A stretch of DNA of 64,000 nucleotides from Bispira polyomma (GCA_965649765.1 OZ287752.1:21142001-21206000), one strand, 5' to 3'; numbered from the stretch's first letter, positions 13,401-25,831 are shown. Program-made: numbers and translations. Notes: a model not told the origin generated them from the letters alone.

Positions 13401-16400
13401 CAATATACTCATGCATAGCATGTGAACGGGGTGAATTAGGATTTTCAAATGCTTCATGCATCAATATCTATACCCTGTAATTTGTGTCGTTTTCAAATAG
13501 AATGCTTGAAATTGCACTGAATGGGCTAGAATATGTCTAAAGTACACAATAAAGCTCTCAGTAGAACATCTATTACATAAATATGGTGAAAAGAGCAATA
13601 TTGTTCAGATAATAGAATGTTCCAAATATGAAGAAGTGATTTGTGTATAAAACAGTAGAAAAACTTACAATTGTGGCACAAATGAGTTTCTAAAGTTGAA
13701 TATTTTGATTATAGAAGTTTGGATAATATAGGTTTGACTGTAAAAATTGTTTACTCTGTAGAAATCTATCTCCTTAGATTAAGTGCACTGCTAAGGGCTT
13801 ACCTTGATAATAGGTCTGAAATTACTGGGTCATAAAGATTAGTTTGCTATATTATGTGTCATATTTTTGGAATTAAAGTTAAGTTCTTAGAATATTTCTA
13901 AAGGCCCTGGTTTGGTTATTTGTCAGATATGTGCTCTCTAGACCTGTTTTAAATCACTTGATGCTAAGAAGGTAATTTCTTGGTATTTGCCTCAGATGTA
14001 CCACACTGCTGCATATCTTCCCAGTCTCAGGGCGGCGGTGGCCTAGTAGTTAGCAAGCATTGCGCTTCACAATCACTGGTCTGTTACCTCTGGGTGGCGT
14101 GAGTTCGACTCCTGTCGATGCCAATGTGGGAAAGGTGGTAGTTCCTTACTGTGGGCCGCTGGTTTCAGCTGATGCTGGTTGGAGCATATTTCATTTACAA
14201 ATTTCCGTTTGGAAATAAATGTACAGCTATACATAAAAATTTTCAGATTAAAAATTTGAAAATGCCACATAGTTTAGTGTGGACCATAAATTAACATGAG
14301 ACCTCAATAAAGACTTTGATGGTTACTATGAATCGAACAACATATCAGACATAAATAATGACCTTGTTGGTTACTATGAAACATATAATAAAAAGCCCAA
14401 TAAAGACACGTAATATATACGTATATAACATGGTCTACTAAGTACCTTTGGTTTAAGAACTTTTGAATTATCAATTGCTCTTTATAAAATCATAATGTTT
14501 ACATACATTATACTCATTAAGTTTAACGTTTGATGACTTTGTGAGCTTGTTTTTTTGTAATCATACATACTTTTAACTTGATTTCATGTGCTTTTTCATT
14601 TATAAAAAGAGGAGGCGGGTGGAATTTTAAATTTGTTTACTTCTTGTCAGTTTGCCATTCAGTTCATAAGTAACTGTATATGGTCAGACCCTGTCCCCAG
14701 AAATCAATCAGAGATCATTGATTGGTGGCTCAGAAATAAACATGTGTTCTTAGGGGTTTTACAGTAAAGGTGTAAACTTTAGTGACTAAGGGGCCATGCC
14801 ACTGTAGTGAAAATCACAGTTTCTAAATTTATGGCCAATTGCTGAAGATCAGCTCTGCTTGTTGAAATCAGGTTGTATTCATTGAGGTGTGGAAATGCTG
14901 ATGCTGTTTGGAGCATATTCTATTTCTGTTTGGAAATAAATGTACATCTATACATGAAAATTAAAATTTTTAAAATGCCAAAGCCAAAATCAAAGAGAGA
15001 AAGGGATGATAGCAGCAAAAGTATCTGGAATGATTGAAGCTGCGTGTGAAGTTGATTCTAGAGGAAATTTCTTGAATAACGCTTTTGCTGCTGCCACTGG
15101 TCAGAGTCAGGGTTTTTTTTAGTGTAGGTAATCGAATCACATCATGTTTAGACCTTGTTTGGTTTGGTTTTGACCATTTAATTAACAAGTGAATGCCTGG
15201 ATGGGCAAAGATTACATCAGACCTTGTGATGTGTCTTGAAATGTCAAATGTGGTAGTAGCAGTAGGGGTTAAATTGGATATTCTCAGAAATCTGAAAAAC
15301 GCAAATAAAAACGCAGTTCTGTACAGTTCTGGGAAGGGAAGTGATTGACATCGAGATGAGCAGTAATTGCTGTATGAGAAATATACCTTTTGGTTTTGGT
15401 CTGAATGCTGAGTTCATCATGATTGATTTTTGGAAAGATGCTAATCTTGCATCATAAAGTTGTGAATCATTGATTCCACATAGTTTTACAAAATGTCTTA
15501 TTACCGCTAAGTAATTATTAATTACTTTATATGACAGGTTATTTTGTTGCCAGAACTGTACTGAAACTAAATGTATGACGTATATTGTAGTAGACCACAA
15601 AAGCCAAGTACAGTCTGACTTGTCTGTTGTACATCCGAACTGTCCTCGGTCTGTGACTGGTTTTTAGTCTATTTATGGCTGCTGTCAAGAGTGGTTTCAG
15701 TCCTTCTGTATTGTCTGAAATATATTAAATTTCATTGTCAAGTATAAACATGTCTAGTGGGACTTCATACATTTGACACTTTTCACATATTAATGTCTTC
15801 ATGTCTACTGTATCCTTTCCTAAGTCATGCCATCTTGACAACGTATTATATTACGTTATATTACGTTTTACCGGAATATGATCAATGTATATTTCAATAT
15901 CATTATGTGCGTATTTCTGAGACATGTGCTTAAAAATGGATCTCGTGTTTTTGCTGACCGTATTGCACATACCACAGCTGCATTATCCAAATGTATTTGT
16001 ATGACTTCATTTTTCCACACTTTTGCCCATAAGTTAAAAGTGATTAGTACACTAAGCATTTCAAAATGCACAATGCTGTGCCCCTGCTTAATCCACATTG
16101 GTATAGGACTTGTGAATACTTTCATATCCCAAATTCCACCTATTCCTTGTAAACACTTGTCCACTTGAAAAGAGATATCTCTTTCCTGATTATCATGTTC
16201 ATAACTCGCTGTACTGTTAAATTGTAGTAAAAACCAATTAAGGTCTTTTGTAAAGTTGTCAGTCAATATAATTGTTTTTTGATTTACCGAATCTTGTAGT
16301 ATTTGCAACATTCTGTCCATGAATACTCTCGCTGGTTTGATACACCGATGTATATAAAGTAATTTTCCTAATAAGGACTGGTACTTATTCTTTTTCACCT

Positions 16401-19400
16401 TCTTTAAAAGTTTAAACGAAATACACATTTCATATATACTCTGTAACTTCGCTTCATTTATACTTAATGTTTTTGTATTTATGTCGATCGATATACCCAT
16501 GCATGTCACCTTTTTGCTTGGTGCAACAAGTTTACTTTTATTTCTGGGCATACCTAATTGTGGCATTAGATCTTCTAAAAATTTGTACGCTAAGGTCGCC
16601 TTAGCTTCTGGCTCTACGATTACAAAATCGCCTATATAGTTAAACACTTGATAATTATGTTGTTGTAAAATATAAGTAATCAAATCTGAAACTCGCATAA
16701 ACACGGCCGTGCCATAAGTTAGGTCAAAAGTCCACACTTGATCGATGTAGTGCTCATTTTTCACTTATAACAGACTTTAAGGCTATTTAAAGGATCAACT
16801 TTTAAGTTCTGAATGCATGCGCAATATCGACCTTCTCTAGCATAGCAGTATCTTCTATGGTCTGTATTTGATTCACTATTTGATTCAAATTGTTGGTAAT
16901 TTAATTTGAAAAGGTGTACCGTCATATACGTCTTTTGTTGTACAATCATCAACTGCAAAACTTAAAGGATGAGACAGGTTTAAAGTTAATCGTCTCGATT
17001 ATCGTCTTTCAGTCTAGTCAAAAGTGGTGAACAATGAAACTCGATGTAGTTTATTCTTAATTGGTCCAATTATTGTCTTTTTTTTCATTTCAAAGTATTT
17101 GTCTATGTATTCAGGATATTGATTTGCTGAATAATGGTTGTCTATGTGTTTTGTATCAAGTCTGTATGTTGTATTTTACTGTTTTTTTTACTAACTTCAG
17201 TTCTATCTACTTAATCTATTGTTACTATTGTCATAATTGCTGTGTTACTATTACTATTTTCAATTTTACTTTCTACGTTACATCTTGTCCAACATTATAC
17301 ATATAAAAAAAACTCTACAGCTGTAATATCTGCACATGGTCCGTTGTCCTACTTGGTTTGTTGTTGTGAATTTTGAGTCTTCCCCTGTAGTTTAAAACAT
17401 TTACTTTCCGGATGTGTATTTTCCTTCCGATAAGTCTGAAAACAATGCTCACAAATGTGCTTGAACACAGTTGTGGCATTTTTATGTTCCCCCTCTCGAT
17501 GACATTGACTTTGTTGATAATGTTTACATGGTACTTGTAATTTTGTAGAGGAAATGCTGCTTGTAGTGTTTGAGGACGAGGAGATCAAAGCTTGTGAATA
17601 AGATAATCTATTGAGTGTCCAATTGTTTTCTTCTAGCCACATTAACATTCCTTCCTCTACGTTGTGCATATTAGTGGCATATGCGCTCCTTGCTTTTTGC
17701 TGGGCCACGGTGGCCTAGTGGTTAGCAAGCATTGCACTTCACAATCACTGGTCTCTCACCTCTAGGAGGCGTGAGTTCGAATCCCGTCGATGCCTATGTT
17801 GGAAAGGTGGTAGTTCCTTACTCTGGGCTGCTGGTTTCACTGCAGAACCTTGACCAACTGTATGCAGTGTTTCCTCCAGCGTTTCCAACTACCAGTCTCA
17901 ATATAATCTACTAAAAGTTACTACAGTGGACGTTAAATTTCCAAATTCAAATTCGAATTCCTTGCTATTCACCATGACGTGTTGGCTACATCACGCAGTG
18001 TGTCACCTAGCTGTCTTAACATTGCTTTTACTATCGTGGAATTTTTGACCTTCAAAAGGTTTTGAATTTGACCAGAAGAAAATTGTGCAATGGTTAGTTT
18101 ATCATATGTTACTCGCTTTTTAGAGATTCCTGCTGAACATCCCTCATTGGGCCATCTAAACATCGGGTCTGCGGTATAGGTATCCACCACATTAAAACGG
18201 CCAGATTTCGTTTAAGGAGTGACTTACCTTGTGGTATGTCTTTGGCTGCCATCGTCTCGTATTGTTGAAGATGCACGGTGACCTCATTCTGTATAATTGC
18301 TGAATGACGCAACACATCAGTTGTAGGTGTAATGTCATGACTGCTTACTGGTACCTGTTGATGGCTTCCCGTCTCTGCCACTGTCACTTGCATCAACTGT
18401 GTCGGCTTTGTTGGAAAACCTGTGTAGGCTGCTGCATTGCGTGTAGTTGTTGGGCAAGCTGTGGGGTTTGTCGGTAAACCCTGTTGAACTGCTGCTGTCT
18501 TGGTAAATTCTACCCAAGCTGTAGTTACATTGTTTTCTGTATTCGGCGTAGTGGACACAACCGGACTTGATTCTTTCTCTTTTAACTTTGCGACGTCTGA
18601 CTGTAAACTGTTAACTGATTTGAGAATTGTAGCCATCATTACCTCTTGACGCTGACACATCTCCTTATACAATGATGACGACGCTACTTGCCTCTGACTC
18701 TGCAGGTAGCAAAACATTTGGATCCTCTGCTATTTCACTGGTAAAACTTTCTTCATTAACCACCATTCATTTACACCTTTTACCTACTGGACGAGTGTGA
18801 CTGATTTAACATCGAGAACAGGCATACACCATTTCCTTCCGCAAATAGCATCATAATATTATTGATTACTTTTCACTAGAAACACTATATATAAAATTAT
18901 AAAATACTAAAAACTCTTTCCATAAAACACATTAAAACCTTTTTCTTTTTCCTTTTTCCAATATGGCATCAATTTTAAATTTGTTTACTTGTTGTCAGTT
19001 TGCCATTCAGTTTATAAGTGACTGTATATGGCCAGACACTGTCCCCAGAAATCGATCAGAGATTATTGATTGGTGGCTCAAAAATAAACGTGTTGTTAGG
19101 GTTTTTGCCGTAAAGGTGTAAACTATAGTGACTGGGGGAAACTATTGGAAAACTAGAGCTGATAAATTTAAAGCAGCCGGCATAACTTACAGATAACCCA
19201 AACTGGTAAGCAGATAAATTTTAGGACATATACCCTAAGGCTTATAAAATCGCTACTTATAGATTGGGATACCGTGTAGAGGCAGATTAAAAACTTGCAC
19301 GCAGAAATAACACAAGGAATTATAAATTATTGTCTCAACATTTCACTTCTGTATCTTTCCACCCCTTAATATAATTTTGCAATATAACTGTTTCACACTG

Positions 19401-21180
19401 CAACTGTGGTCAAAGAGTATGTTACATTTATTGTTTCGGATAATTTTACACTTAAGAGTAATCTTATATGATTTCATTACAAATAAACCAACAAAACATA
19501 ATGCGGTTTTTAATATTGATACATACACTGTTACAGGTGGATATGACCCCTAATATTTTAATATAATTGGAATATTTCGGTGTTTTAATTCTATATTTGA
19601 GATTTCGTGTTTGCATGCATTAATTAAATTTGGTTTGTATCATTTACATGCCAAAATAACATTTCTTCAACTTGATTAATATACAACTTAAGTTGACACC
19701 ATGAAAGGTGATGTTATAGGAGAAATAAGCTCACAAAGACAAGGTTCAAACTCTTGGATTTCCGCGACACAAGGCTATATTTACTCGGGTATATATGTTC
19801 ACTTAATTCATAATATTAAGAGGCATTTCAAAAGTGTAGCCACAATTTCCGTTTACTAAAAGGAGATTGAGTTTGGTAAAACAAATCATCAAAGATAAAC
19901 TATAGTTACAAAAACATTCAATAATATAGTTTAATGAAATTTTGTACTCATTTATCGGACATATGACTACAGTTACTTTTGTTCAGTATTTTTCATAAAA
20001 GCCACTGCAATCCTGCAAATGCTCTCAACAAGGATGTGTAAGGTTATTGGGCTAAATTTATCATGTAATGCTTGTTCCAGTTTTATTAAAGTTGAAGGAT
20101 ATAAGTGCTCAAATGGGTTCAAATCTATAACCAGAGAAGTTCAAGCGGTATATCATTTATTGCAACCCTGTATAAGTGAATTTTAAACCGGTCTTGGCCT
20201 TCGGTGCCATTTATTAAGGTACTACACTTGGATTAAACAATGTTATGTCACTTGGATTAAGCAGGAAACTTCAATTTTTACTAGTTTGCATAGTCCTTAA
20301 ATTATAAGAATCACTATATAGTATTGATTTGTTGACGGACAAACTACCTTATCTCAATCAATCATGTTTTGATGGACATTACAGAATATATGAATAAAAT
20401 ATGTTTTAGAATTTTATGGTCCATGGTGTAAAATATACAAAGCAAAGCAAATCAGAAATTTATGTGCATATAGTGTAGTTCAACATCCCTATTATTATAT
20501 AACTGCAACTCAAATATATACAAGGTAAAACTAAATAAATAAGCTATGACAAGCTAATAAAGGCCACAAAACATACAATCAATTGATAAATGCTGCCATG
20601 GATGTTTATAAAATGTTTTCACGGGTAATGTAATGTTTACAATTTTGATATTGTTATGCCATTGGACTTACCATATATGTCAGACAGTACCAATGACTTT
20701 GATTCTCCAATGACGCTCTCTACAAGGCATGTAAAGGTTTGTCCCACATCCTCCTGTCTTTCGATTACTAGTTCTAGGTGATGTGACTGACTGTAGTGTG
20801 TGGAGTTTATGATCCTACTTTCATAAGAAGATGTCACAGGTGTGTCTGTTGGTGGATCATTTCGTAAATTTACTTCATGAATAATTTTCTCATTCACTTG
20901 CCAGAATAAATCATAAACAGCGAAAGAGATTGAATATGAACATTGTAGTGTTAGTCTCCTGTCATCAAGTATGTAATATCCATTCTCCTTCATATATTCT
21001 GTGCTGTAAGAAATTGTAACCTCTGCCGTGGATGGCACCGTCAATACTAAAACAAAAAATAGCACATGTATTATTTATACCCCTAGCTACTGTAACAAAC
21101 ATTTCTCTAGTGAAACTGTTATCTAGATACTCACCTATAGCACTTATGAACCAAATTATTTTTTCTAATAGTTTTGCCAT
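1319..21180 (-). CDS. Nephrin/sidestep/SYG-2-like Ig-superfamily type I membrane receptor (SP, 7 Ig, FN3, degenerate FN3, TM, Tyr-motif tail); 12 coding exons, ~1035 aa
   Basis: Exons joined by hand: 21180-21135, 21046-20672, 13021-12704, 11717-11400, 11016-10699, 9384-9073, 4894-4610, 4127-3816, 3257-2961, 2427-2182, 1899-1769, 1468-1319. Lengths sum to 3108 nt in one open frame. All introns are phase 1 except the last (phase 0). The FN3 motif W..GLNGGSEQTF is typical of nephrin-like proteins. Confidence 0.88.
1769..1899 (-). CDS. Exon 11: transmembrane helix and basic stop-transfer
   Basis: Acceptor aatttatag|AA, donor G|gtgtgt. Translates ETTPSATGSIPLAGIIGGTLTAVTIIAVVVVGIWFYRQRRKQQV; this frame is absent from the ORF track. 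Confidence 0.88.
2182..2427 (-). CDS. Exon 10: degenerate FN3-like domain
   Basis: Acceptor gacatag|AT, donor G|gtaagt, 246 nt, open frame ALISWSRE...FYLVIY. Confidence 0.75.
2961..3257 (-). CDS. Exon 9: fibronectin type III domain
   Basis: Acceptor tatatag|GC, donor G|gtatgt, 297 nt. Motifs APNPVT..ITW..GLNGGSEQTF..DLQPQKEYLISVLSVNLYG. Confidence 0.9.
3816..4127 (-). CDS. Exon 8: membrane-proximal Ig-like domain 7 lacking the canonical disulfide Cys pair
   Basis: Acceptor tttaacag|AT, donor G|gtaatg, 312 nt. Motifs LAVRAYP..FVW..HYGEYTVMVDN. Confidence 0.85.
4280..4670. repeat. Degenerate ~75-bp minisatellite (about 5 copies) derived from the 3' end and donor site of exon 7
   Basis: Unit taattacttacaatgtacaacaatctgtatctctcctgtatcactccccactgtattccctgcagtacatct recurs at about 4598, 4523, 4449 and 4374, with a more decayed copy near 4300. 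Confidence 0.8.
4610..4894 (-). CDS. Exon 7: Ig domain 6 (I-set)
   Basis: Acceptor ttttatgaag|TT, donor T|gtaagt, 285 nt. Motifs INCTITDGNP..W..DAGTYRCTAGNTVG. Confidence 0.88.
5200..6380 (+). mobile_element. Decayed non-LTR retrotransposon RT fragment (Proto2/RTE-X-like) in intron 6
   Basis: Manual translation gives QFGFKRGHST, MLLDASQAFDRVNY, FNIYIDE and GAVCYTDDCSILAPS, with stops and frameshifts. Confidence 0.75.
6400..8940. repeat. Putative non-autonomous DNA-element remnant(s) with internal direct repeats
   Basis: A ~65-bp unit (ggaagcaat..cgaaacttcccga.aatggctttgatc.ttgact.gggaacatatatt) occurs at ~7739 and ~8187. Segment 8778-8898 resembles 12338-12455. Confidence 0.4.
9073..9384 (-). 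CDS. Exon 6: Ig domain 5 (C2-set, nephrin-type)
   Basis: Acceptor attaaacag|TT, non-canonical donor T|gcaagt, 312 nt. Motifs LICTTGSSNP..W..DNGQSVSC. Confidence 0.85.
9535..10080 (-). mobile_element. Penelope-like element GIY-YIG endonuclease remnant
   Basis: Minus-strand peptide LKQRALQ..STPVSRHITLKNHSVENIDLNLLQ resembles the PVARHF...H..D motif at the C-terminus of PLE GIY-YIG domains. Confidence 0.5.
10699..11016 (-). CDS. Exon 5: Ig domain 4, tandem copy C
   Basis: Acceptor atttcag|CA, donor T|gtgagt, 318 nt. Motifs LQCVVSSIYPG...VRCEVTW. Confidence 0.9.
11400..11717 (-). CDS. Exon 4: Ig domain 3, tandem copy B
   Basis: Acceptor attatag|CT, donor G|gtaagt, 318 nt. Motifs INCTVPSIYPG...VLCDVTW. 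Confidence 0.9.
12704..13021 (-). CDS. Exon 3: Ig domain 2 (C2/CD80-like), tandem copy A
   Basis: Acceptor tttttctag|CT, donor A|gtaagt, 318 nt. Motifs ITCTVSSIYPG...VLCEVTW. Confidence 0.9.
14030..14167 (+). mobile_element. tRNA-derived SINE, 3'-truncated (same family as 17702-17958)
   Basis: A box ggtggcctagtagttagc and B box gagttcgactcc; clearly similar to the 17702 copy. Confidence 0.8.
14168..19138 (-). mobile_element. Ngaro/PAT-type tyrosine-recombinase retrotransposon, near full length and decayed, in intron 2
   Basis: gag with Cys/His knuckles (18717-17349); RT/RNase H (FNYIGDF, QSLLGKL, HLDNAAVV; 16764-15868); YR (15660-14970). Split direct repeats: A1 18971-19133 and A2 14623-14787; B1 14897-14980 and B2 14168-14267. 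Confidence 0.88.
17702..17958 (+). mobile_element. Full-length tRNA-derived SINE (Meta/MESC-like core) inserted in Ngaro gag
   Basis: A and B boxes; 3' core aatataatctactaaaagttactacagtggacgttaaa; (caaatt)n tail; apparent TSD tccttgct at 17687-17694 and 17959-17966. Confidence 0.85.
20672..21046 (-). CDS. Exon 2: N-terminal V-type Ig domain
   Basis: Acceptor ttttgttttag|TA, donor G|gtaagt, 375 nt. Motifs LTLQCSY..LFWQ..DVGQTFTCLV. Confidence 0.88.
21135..21180 (-). CDS. Coding exon 1: start codon and signal peptide (MAKLLEKIIWFISAI)
   Basis: ATG at 21180; donor G|gtgagt. Joins exon 2 to give MAKLLEKIIWFISAIVLTVPSTA-EV, a signal-peptide pattern. Confidence 0.8.
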
Positions 21181-22249
21181 TTACAAAGACATAAACTTTT
21201 AATTAGTATGAAAACTTTGTATTTTGTGTATGCTAAACATATTAGTTAATTTATTGTTGGTCAACAGATTGTGTCCTAAAAATAAAATGAATGCACTCGT
21301 CATACGATACCAGAGTAATGAATCATGTGTATAATATACAAACATCATGAAATGGATCAATACTTTGTCCTTATACAAACTTCCAAGATAATATTAACAT
21401 TGTAAATATCATAACACAATTTAAAACTAGATATAAATATAATGTATTATATGCATGCTTATCATATATGAGCTTCTAAAGTATGTTGTTTTTTATGAGA
21501 GAAATAGTTTTTCTTATATTTATTATATGGTAATATCATTCACAGTTTATATATAGATGTTAAAACATGTAAAATGGGTCCTTTATGTGCATTTTAAATG
21601 ATTTTGTTGGGATTAATCAATGCACAAAAACTCGAGGGCTAAGTACATTAATTTAATGTTTAAATAGTTAACTAGCCAGTTTATAGTATTTAGTTTTTTT
21701 TCTGAGAGTACACCTTAGTGTATTCAGATTTTTTTACTAAATGTATGTAAAGCCACACTGTTGGACATTGATAAAACTTTGTTTACTGAATACAGTATCA
21801 ATGAAATTATGTGTACACCCAGCGCATATGGTTTTAATGGACCAGCCACACTTTATGCCCTGGTTACATTTTGCCAGTATTGTAATGGTTATAATGGTTA
21901 TAGAAGTTTAGGGTACCTCCCATTACCTTCCTCAAATACCTTTGGGACGATTATGCCTCAGTGGTAATACTCTTTGGCAAGGTTTTTGTTCAGTTAAGAT
22001 ATGGAGCAGTTAAGGTAAAGGGGTAAATGTCACCAACCGGTTGATATGACCCGACATTTATATGTTGTCTCCAGGTATCATAACAGTTTAAAGCGGCTGA
22101 GATAAGGTTTTATGAGGTACTGAGAGGTTGGATAGGGTAAGGCTTTAGATGATTTTTGGCAGTAAACAGTGACATAAGGTTGTTCCTCGGTGATGGGAGG
22201 TGGTAGAAGGTTGGTCTACTACTGGGGGTAGTGCTGTAACTGGCATAGA

Positions 22250-22560
22250 AAAATATGCTTACTAAGTCATACTCTAGTTGCTGAGGAGGCCAAAGTTTGT
22301 CAGTATTTTGGTCAGTGTGAAAACTTTATGCAGGATCTTGAGTTTGAAGACATGGCTGCCTTTAAGAACTTTATGTGTACCAATCTTTCTCACCTGGGTT
22401 GAAGTTGACTATCACTACTCCATTGGCTAGCCTCCAGCGACTCGTACAGATGCCTGATGTACAGCTTCAGAGTTGCTCATAACACCACTTCTACCTTTGT
22501 CCATGAGGTTTGTGACGCCATTATTGAGGCCTAACGAAAAGAAGTGTTGCTATAGATGCC
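22250..22560 (+). pseudogene. PIF/Harbinger transposase N-terminal fragment
   Basis: Translates FGQCENFMQDLEFEDMAAFKNF..SPGLKLTIT..LASSDSYRCLMYSFRVAHNTTSTFVHEVCDAIIEA, the HARBI1-like HTH region. Confidence 0.75.
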
Positions 22561-22624
22561 CTAGACAGAAATGAAGTGTTAAAAATGCATCCTCATTATC
22601 GATGATGTCGATATCAAATAGTTA

Positions 22625-25600
22625 TCCTCGCGTCACCGGTTTTCGAGAAATTAGTGAAAAAGCCTTACCTGCTAACCGCTACACTTCAAAATACGTACAA
22701 AAACTTGTTTGCTTCAAGTCTTCATATATTCTGCTATATATCCATCAAAATATGTTCCAAATGTGGTGTTTATTTAAACAGAAAATAAGCAAATACTAAA
22801 TCTGTTATCCGCGGTAAAAACTTGCGACCTTGACACCCATTTTCGAGATTTGTTGACATCCCATTTGTGATACTTCCTGTGGTTATAAGGAGGGGTTCTA
22901 ACATGTACAAAAAAGTGCCTCTTTCAAAATTTAAAGAATATATTATTAGAAATTGACAAACCGATTGTCTCAATGTGAGAATCGTTGAACAAAGGTATTT
23001 TAATACCAGCAAACATTCTGTACTGTAAAACAAAAAATGATAAATAAATACTCTGTATACCATGTGTATTTATTGGTGTTTCAATCAATAGTTTAATACA
23101 AACATGGCAGTTCATATTTTCAAGATATTTGAAACTTAAATATTGCTATAGTGAACACAAAGTAGATACATATTTAAATTTCACACATAGAATAAAATTT
23201 AATATTAAGATTGTCTGTTACACAAAGTTTACATGTGATAGAAATTAACATTTTCATTGTTTATTCTCACTAACATTTAGATTGTTTATTCTCAATTAAT
23301 CATCAAAGTTTACTCTTCCTCTACAGCTATCTGGAGCACAGTGAGGACACAAGAATGTTTGATTTCGACCACAACTAACAATTTTAGAACAAAATTTTAA
23401 ATGTGTCCAGTGATTACACCTGTCACATTGCGCTCAATCAACTATAACGAAAGATGTTCTCTTGTGTAGATCTGCTGGAGAAAATAGGTTACAAACACAG
23501 CAAAGTTCATCATCTTGCATTAGATCGTTGTCGGAATTGTTATCTTCAAAATTTGGTGAATCTATGACAAAATTAGAAGGGCCTGCTTGAGGGAAAGTAT
23601 AAACATTTGAAACTTGTGAAATTGTACATGGACGCCTTTTGGGTGTTTTGAAGTGGAGCTTGTGCTTTGTTTTGGGATACAACCTAGGCTTTTTTTTATT
23701 TTGGATGGTGTTTTACTGCTTGTGCTTGATTTTGGGGTACTATCCAAATTGGTTTTGTATGGTGTTTTAAACATCTTTCTTTTTTGACCTTCAATGTGAT
23801 TGACAATGGCTCTTGAAATATTATCCTCAGTGATAGGTTTTCCAGATGACACCCTACTCAAGGTATTCCTGGGTTTCTTACTTTGAACATTGGCAGAAAC
23901 ACCTGTCTCGATATCTGAAATAAAATTGTCTATGTGGGTGTCTGGAAAGTCAGTGGTATTAACACTAGTGTTTTCAGTAGGGTAAATAGTTTGCTCGTCT
24001 GACTGAAATACAACATGAGGAATGATTTTGTTTTGATCAAAAGCTTTAGGGTTGAAAGGGAAAATACCTGACTTTTTGAAAGAAGCACAAAGGTTGGAAG
24101 AATTCAGTGCAACCCTGTAGGCTTTACATACAAGGGAAGCTATGTCATACTTTGTCACACTATTACCAATGTTTTCCTTCATGTACTTCTGTACTTCATA
24201 TGAATATGCCTTTTCCAATGGGCCAAAACAGCCCACACCCAGAGGCTGTAAAACCTGGCTAGTATGGGGAGGGAGTACAAACAAAACAATATTATTCTCC
24301 CATTCTGTAATATCTGGGTGAACATGACTACGATGGCCATCATATAATATCAGTTTATGACCAGATCCATTTTGAGCATATTTGATGAAATGTTCTGACA
24401 GATATTGTTTAAACACTTCAGTGTTTGACCAACCACTTTTGGAGACTGTGCCCGTTGCACCTGGAGTTACATCTTGCAGAAATTCAGACCTGTAATATAA
24501 ATATTTTGAACATTGCACTGTCTTTATTGAGGTACCAAAAAATTTAAAACTGATAGAAAATGATTTATATGGTCAGTCTGAATACTCTTTTGAAATATAT
24601 ATGATACCCACAAGCTATAGTACAAAAAAGATTATATATAACATGGTTAGGAAGATATCAATAACCGTACAGTTAGATATTTATCTTTTCTATAATGCAA
24701 AGATGTGATTAGGATATATATGTTATATTAACCTCATACGCTGTCCTGGAAATACGAAGTATGGAGGTAAAGCTGTTCCAATGGCATTTCCACATCCAAT
24801 AACAGTTACACTCAGGCGTGCAGATGTAACTGCTTGGGGGGTTCCAAATTCATAACCTGAAACGACATATGGCGGTGTATGTTCGGCAGATATACCCTTT
24901 TCATCTATGTTATAGATGTTCTCTGGAGCATCATACAAATCATATTTGGTCATAATTGCTTCTAAATCATTGAAACAGGCAGAGATAACCTCAGGACTAG
25001 CACTCTTTGCGCGAGCTATACTCAAGCCACTTGGTTTAGAAACTTTAAGAGAAGGCCACCTACTCATCAAACCATAAAACCACTTTCTTGATAAAGGTTT
25101 AGCAATTTTCTTAATGCTCATACCATACTCGCTTCCCTTAGATATCACTTGTGCCCTTGTGTAACCATACCCTACTGATGCCATTTGTTTGATATGGTCT
25201 ACTAATTTAGTTTCCTCATATGCAGTAAAAATGGGAGATGGGCCAGACTTTACAGTATCTAAACTAATACGACCATCTATCCTGTCTCTGAGTGTAGTAT
25301 CAGGAATATCAAACTTTCTTGATGCCTGAGCAACAGTAAACTTCTTCTCCTTAACAGAAGCAAATGCCAGCTACAACCGTGTTGGACTATACTGGCGATA
25401 ATTTAGCTTCGACTTCTGTGAGGTACCCTAAAATAATAAGGGAGGCACTTTTTTACTATTATTATGACCCATCCTAAACAAAATTTAGCCAGCACCATTG
25501 GCGGTTTTATTTAGTAGGAGAGATCAATAAAGCAGACGATAACAAAGATTAACAAAATTTAGCAGATATTAAGGGAAAATCAAGACATAAATGCATGGAA

Positions 25601-25831
25601 TTTATAGTAGTTAGTCTTTAGCATTAATTACATCTATTCTATTAAAATTTCGGTGATTTATACCTGTTTTTGTCGCATTTTCCACATAATTTCCCGATAA
25701 AATAGCCTAACGTGTATGTGTTGATAAACAAATAGTAACCTTCCGAAGTCTCACGTCGGAAATCTCCGGTAAAACGATAGCAAAACGAGATCTCGAAAAT
25801 GGGTGTCTCTCGAAAATAGGTGTCGCAACGA
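22625..25831 (-). mobile_element. pogo-superfamily (Fot/Passer-like) DNA transposon with an intron-containing HTH_psq-DDE-PHD transposase; inactive
   Basis: 24-bp TIRs at 22625-22648 and 25808-25831 (19/24 match), flanked by TA. psq HTH (ASRKFDIPDTTLRDRI). Catalytic motifs NIDEKG, LYDGHRSH and LQPLG (third Asp is Gly). PHD CCVC..QCDRCNHWTHLKFC..LCPHC. GT-AG intron 24732-24490. Confidence 0.88.
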
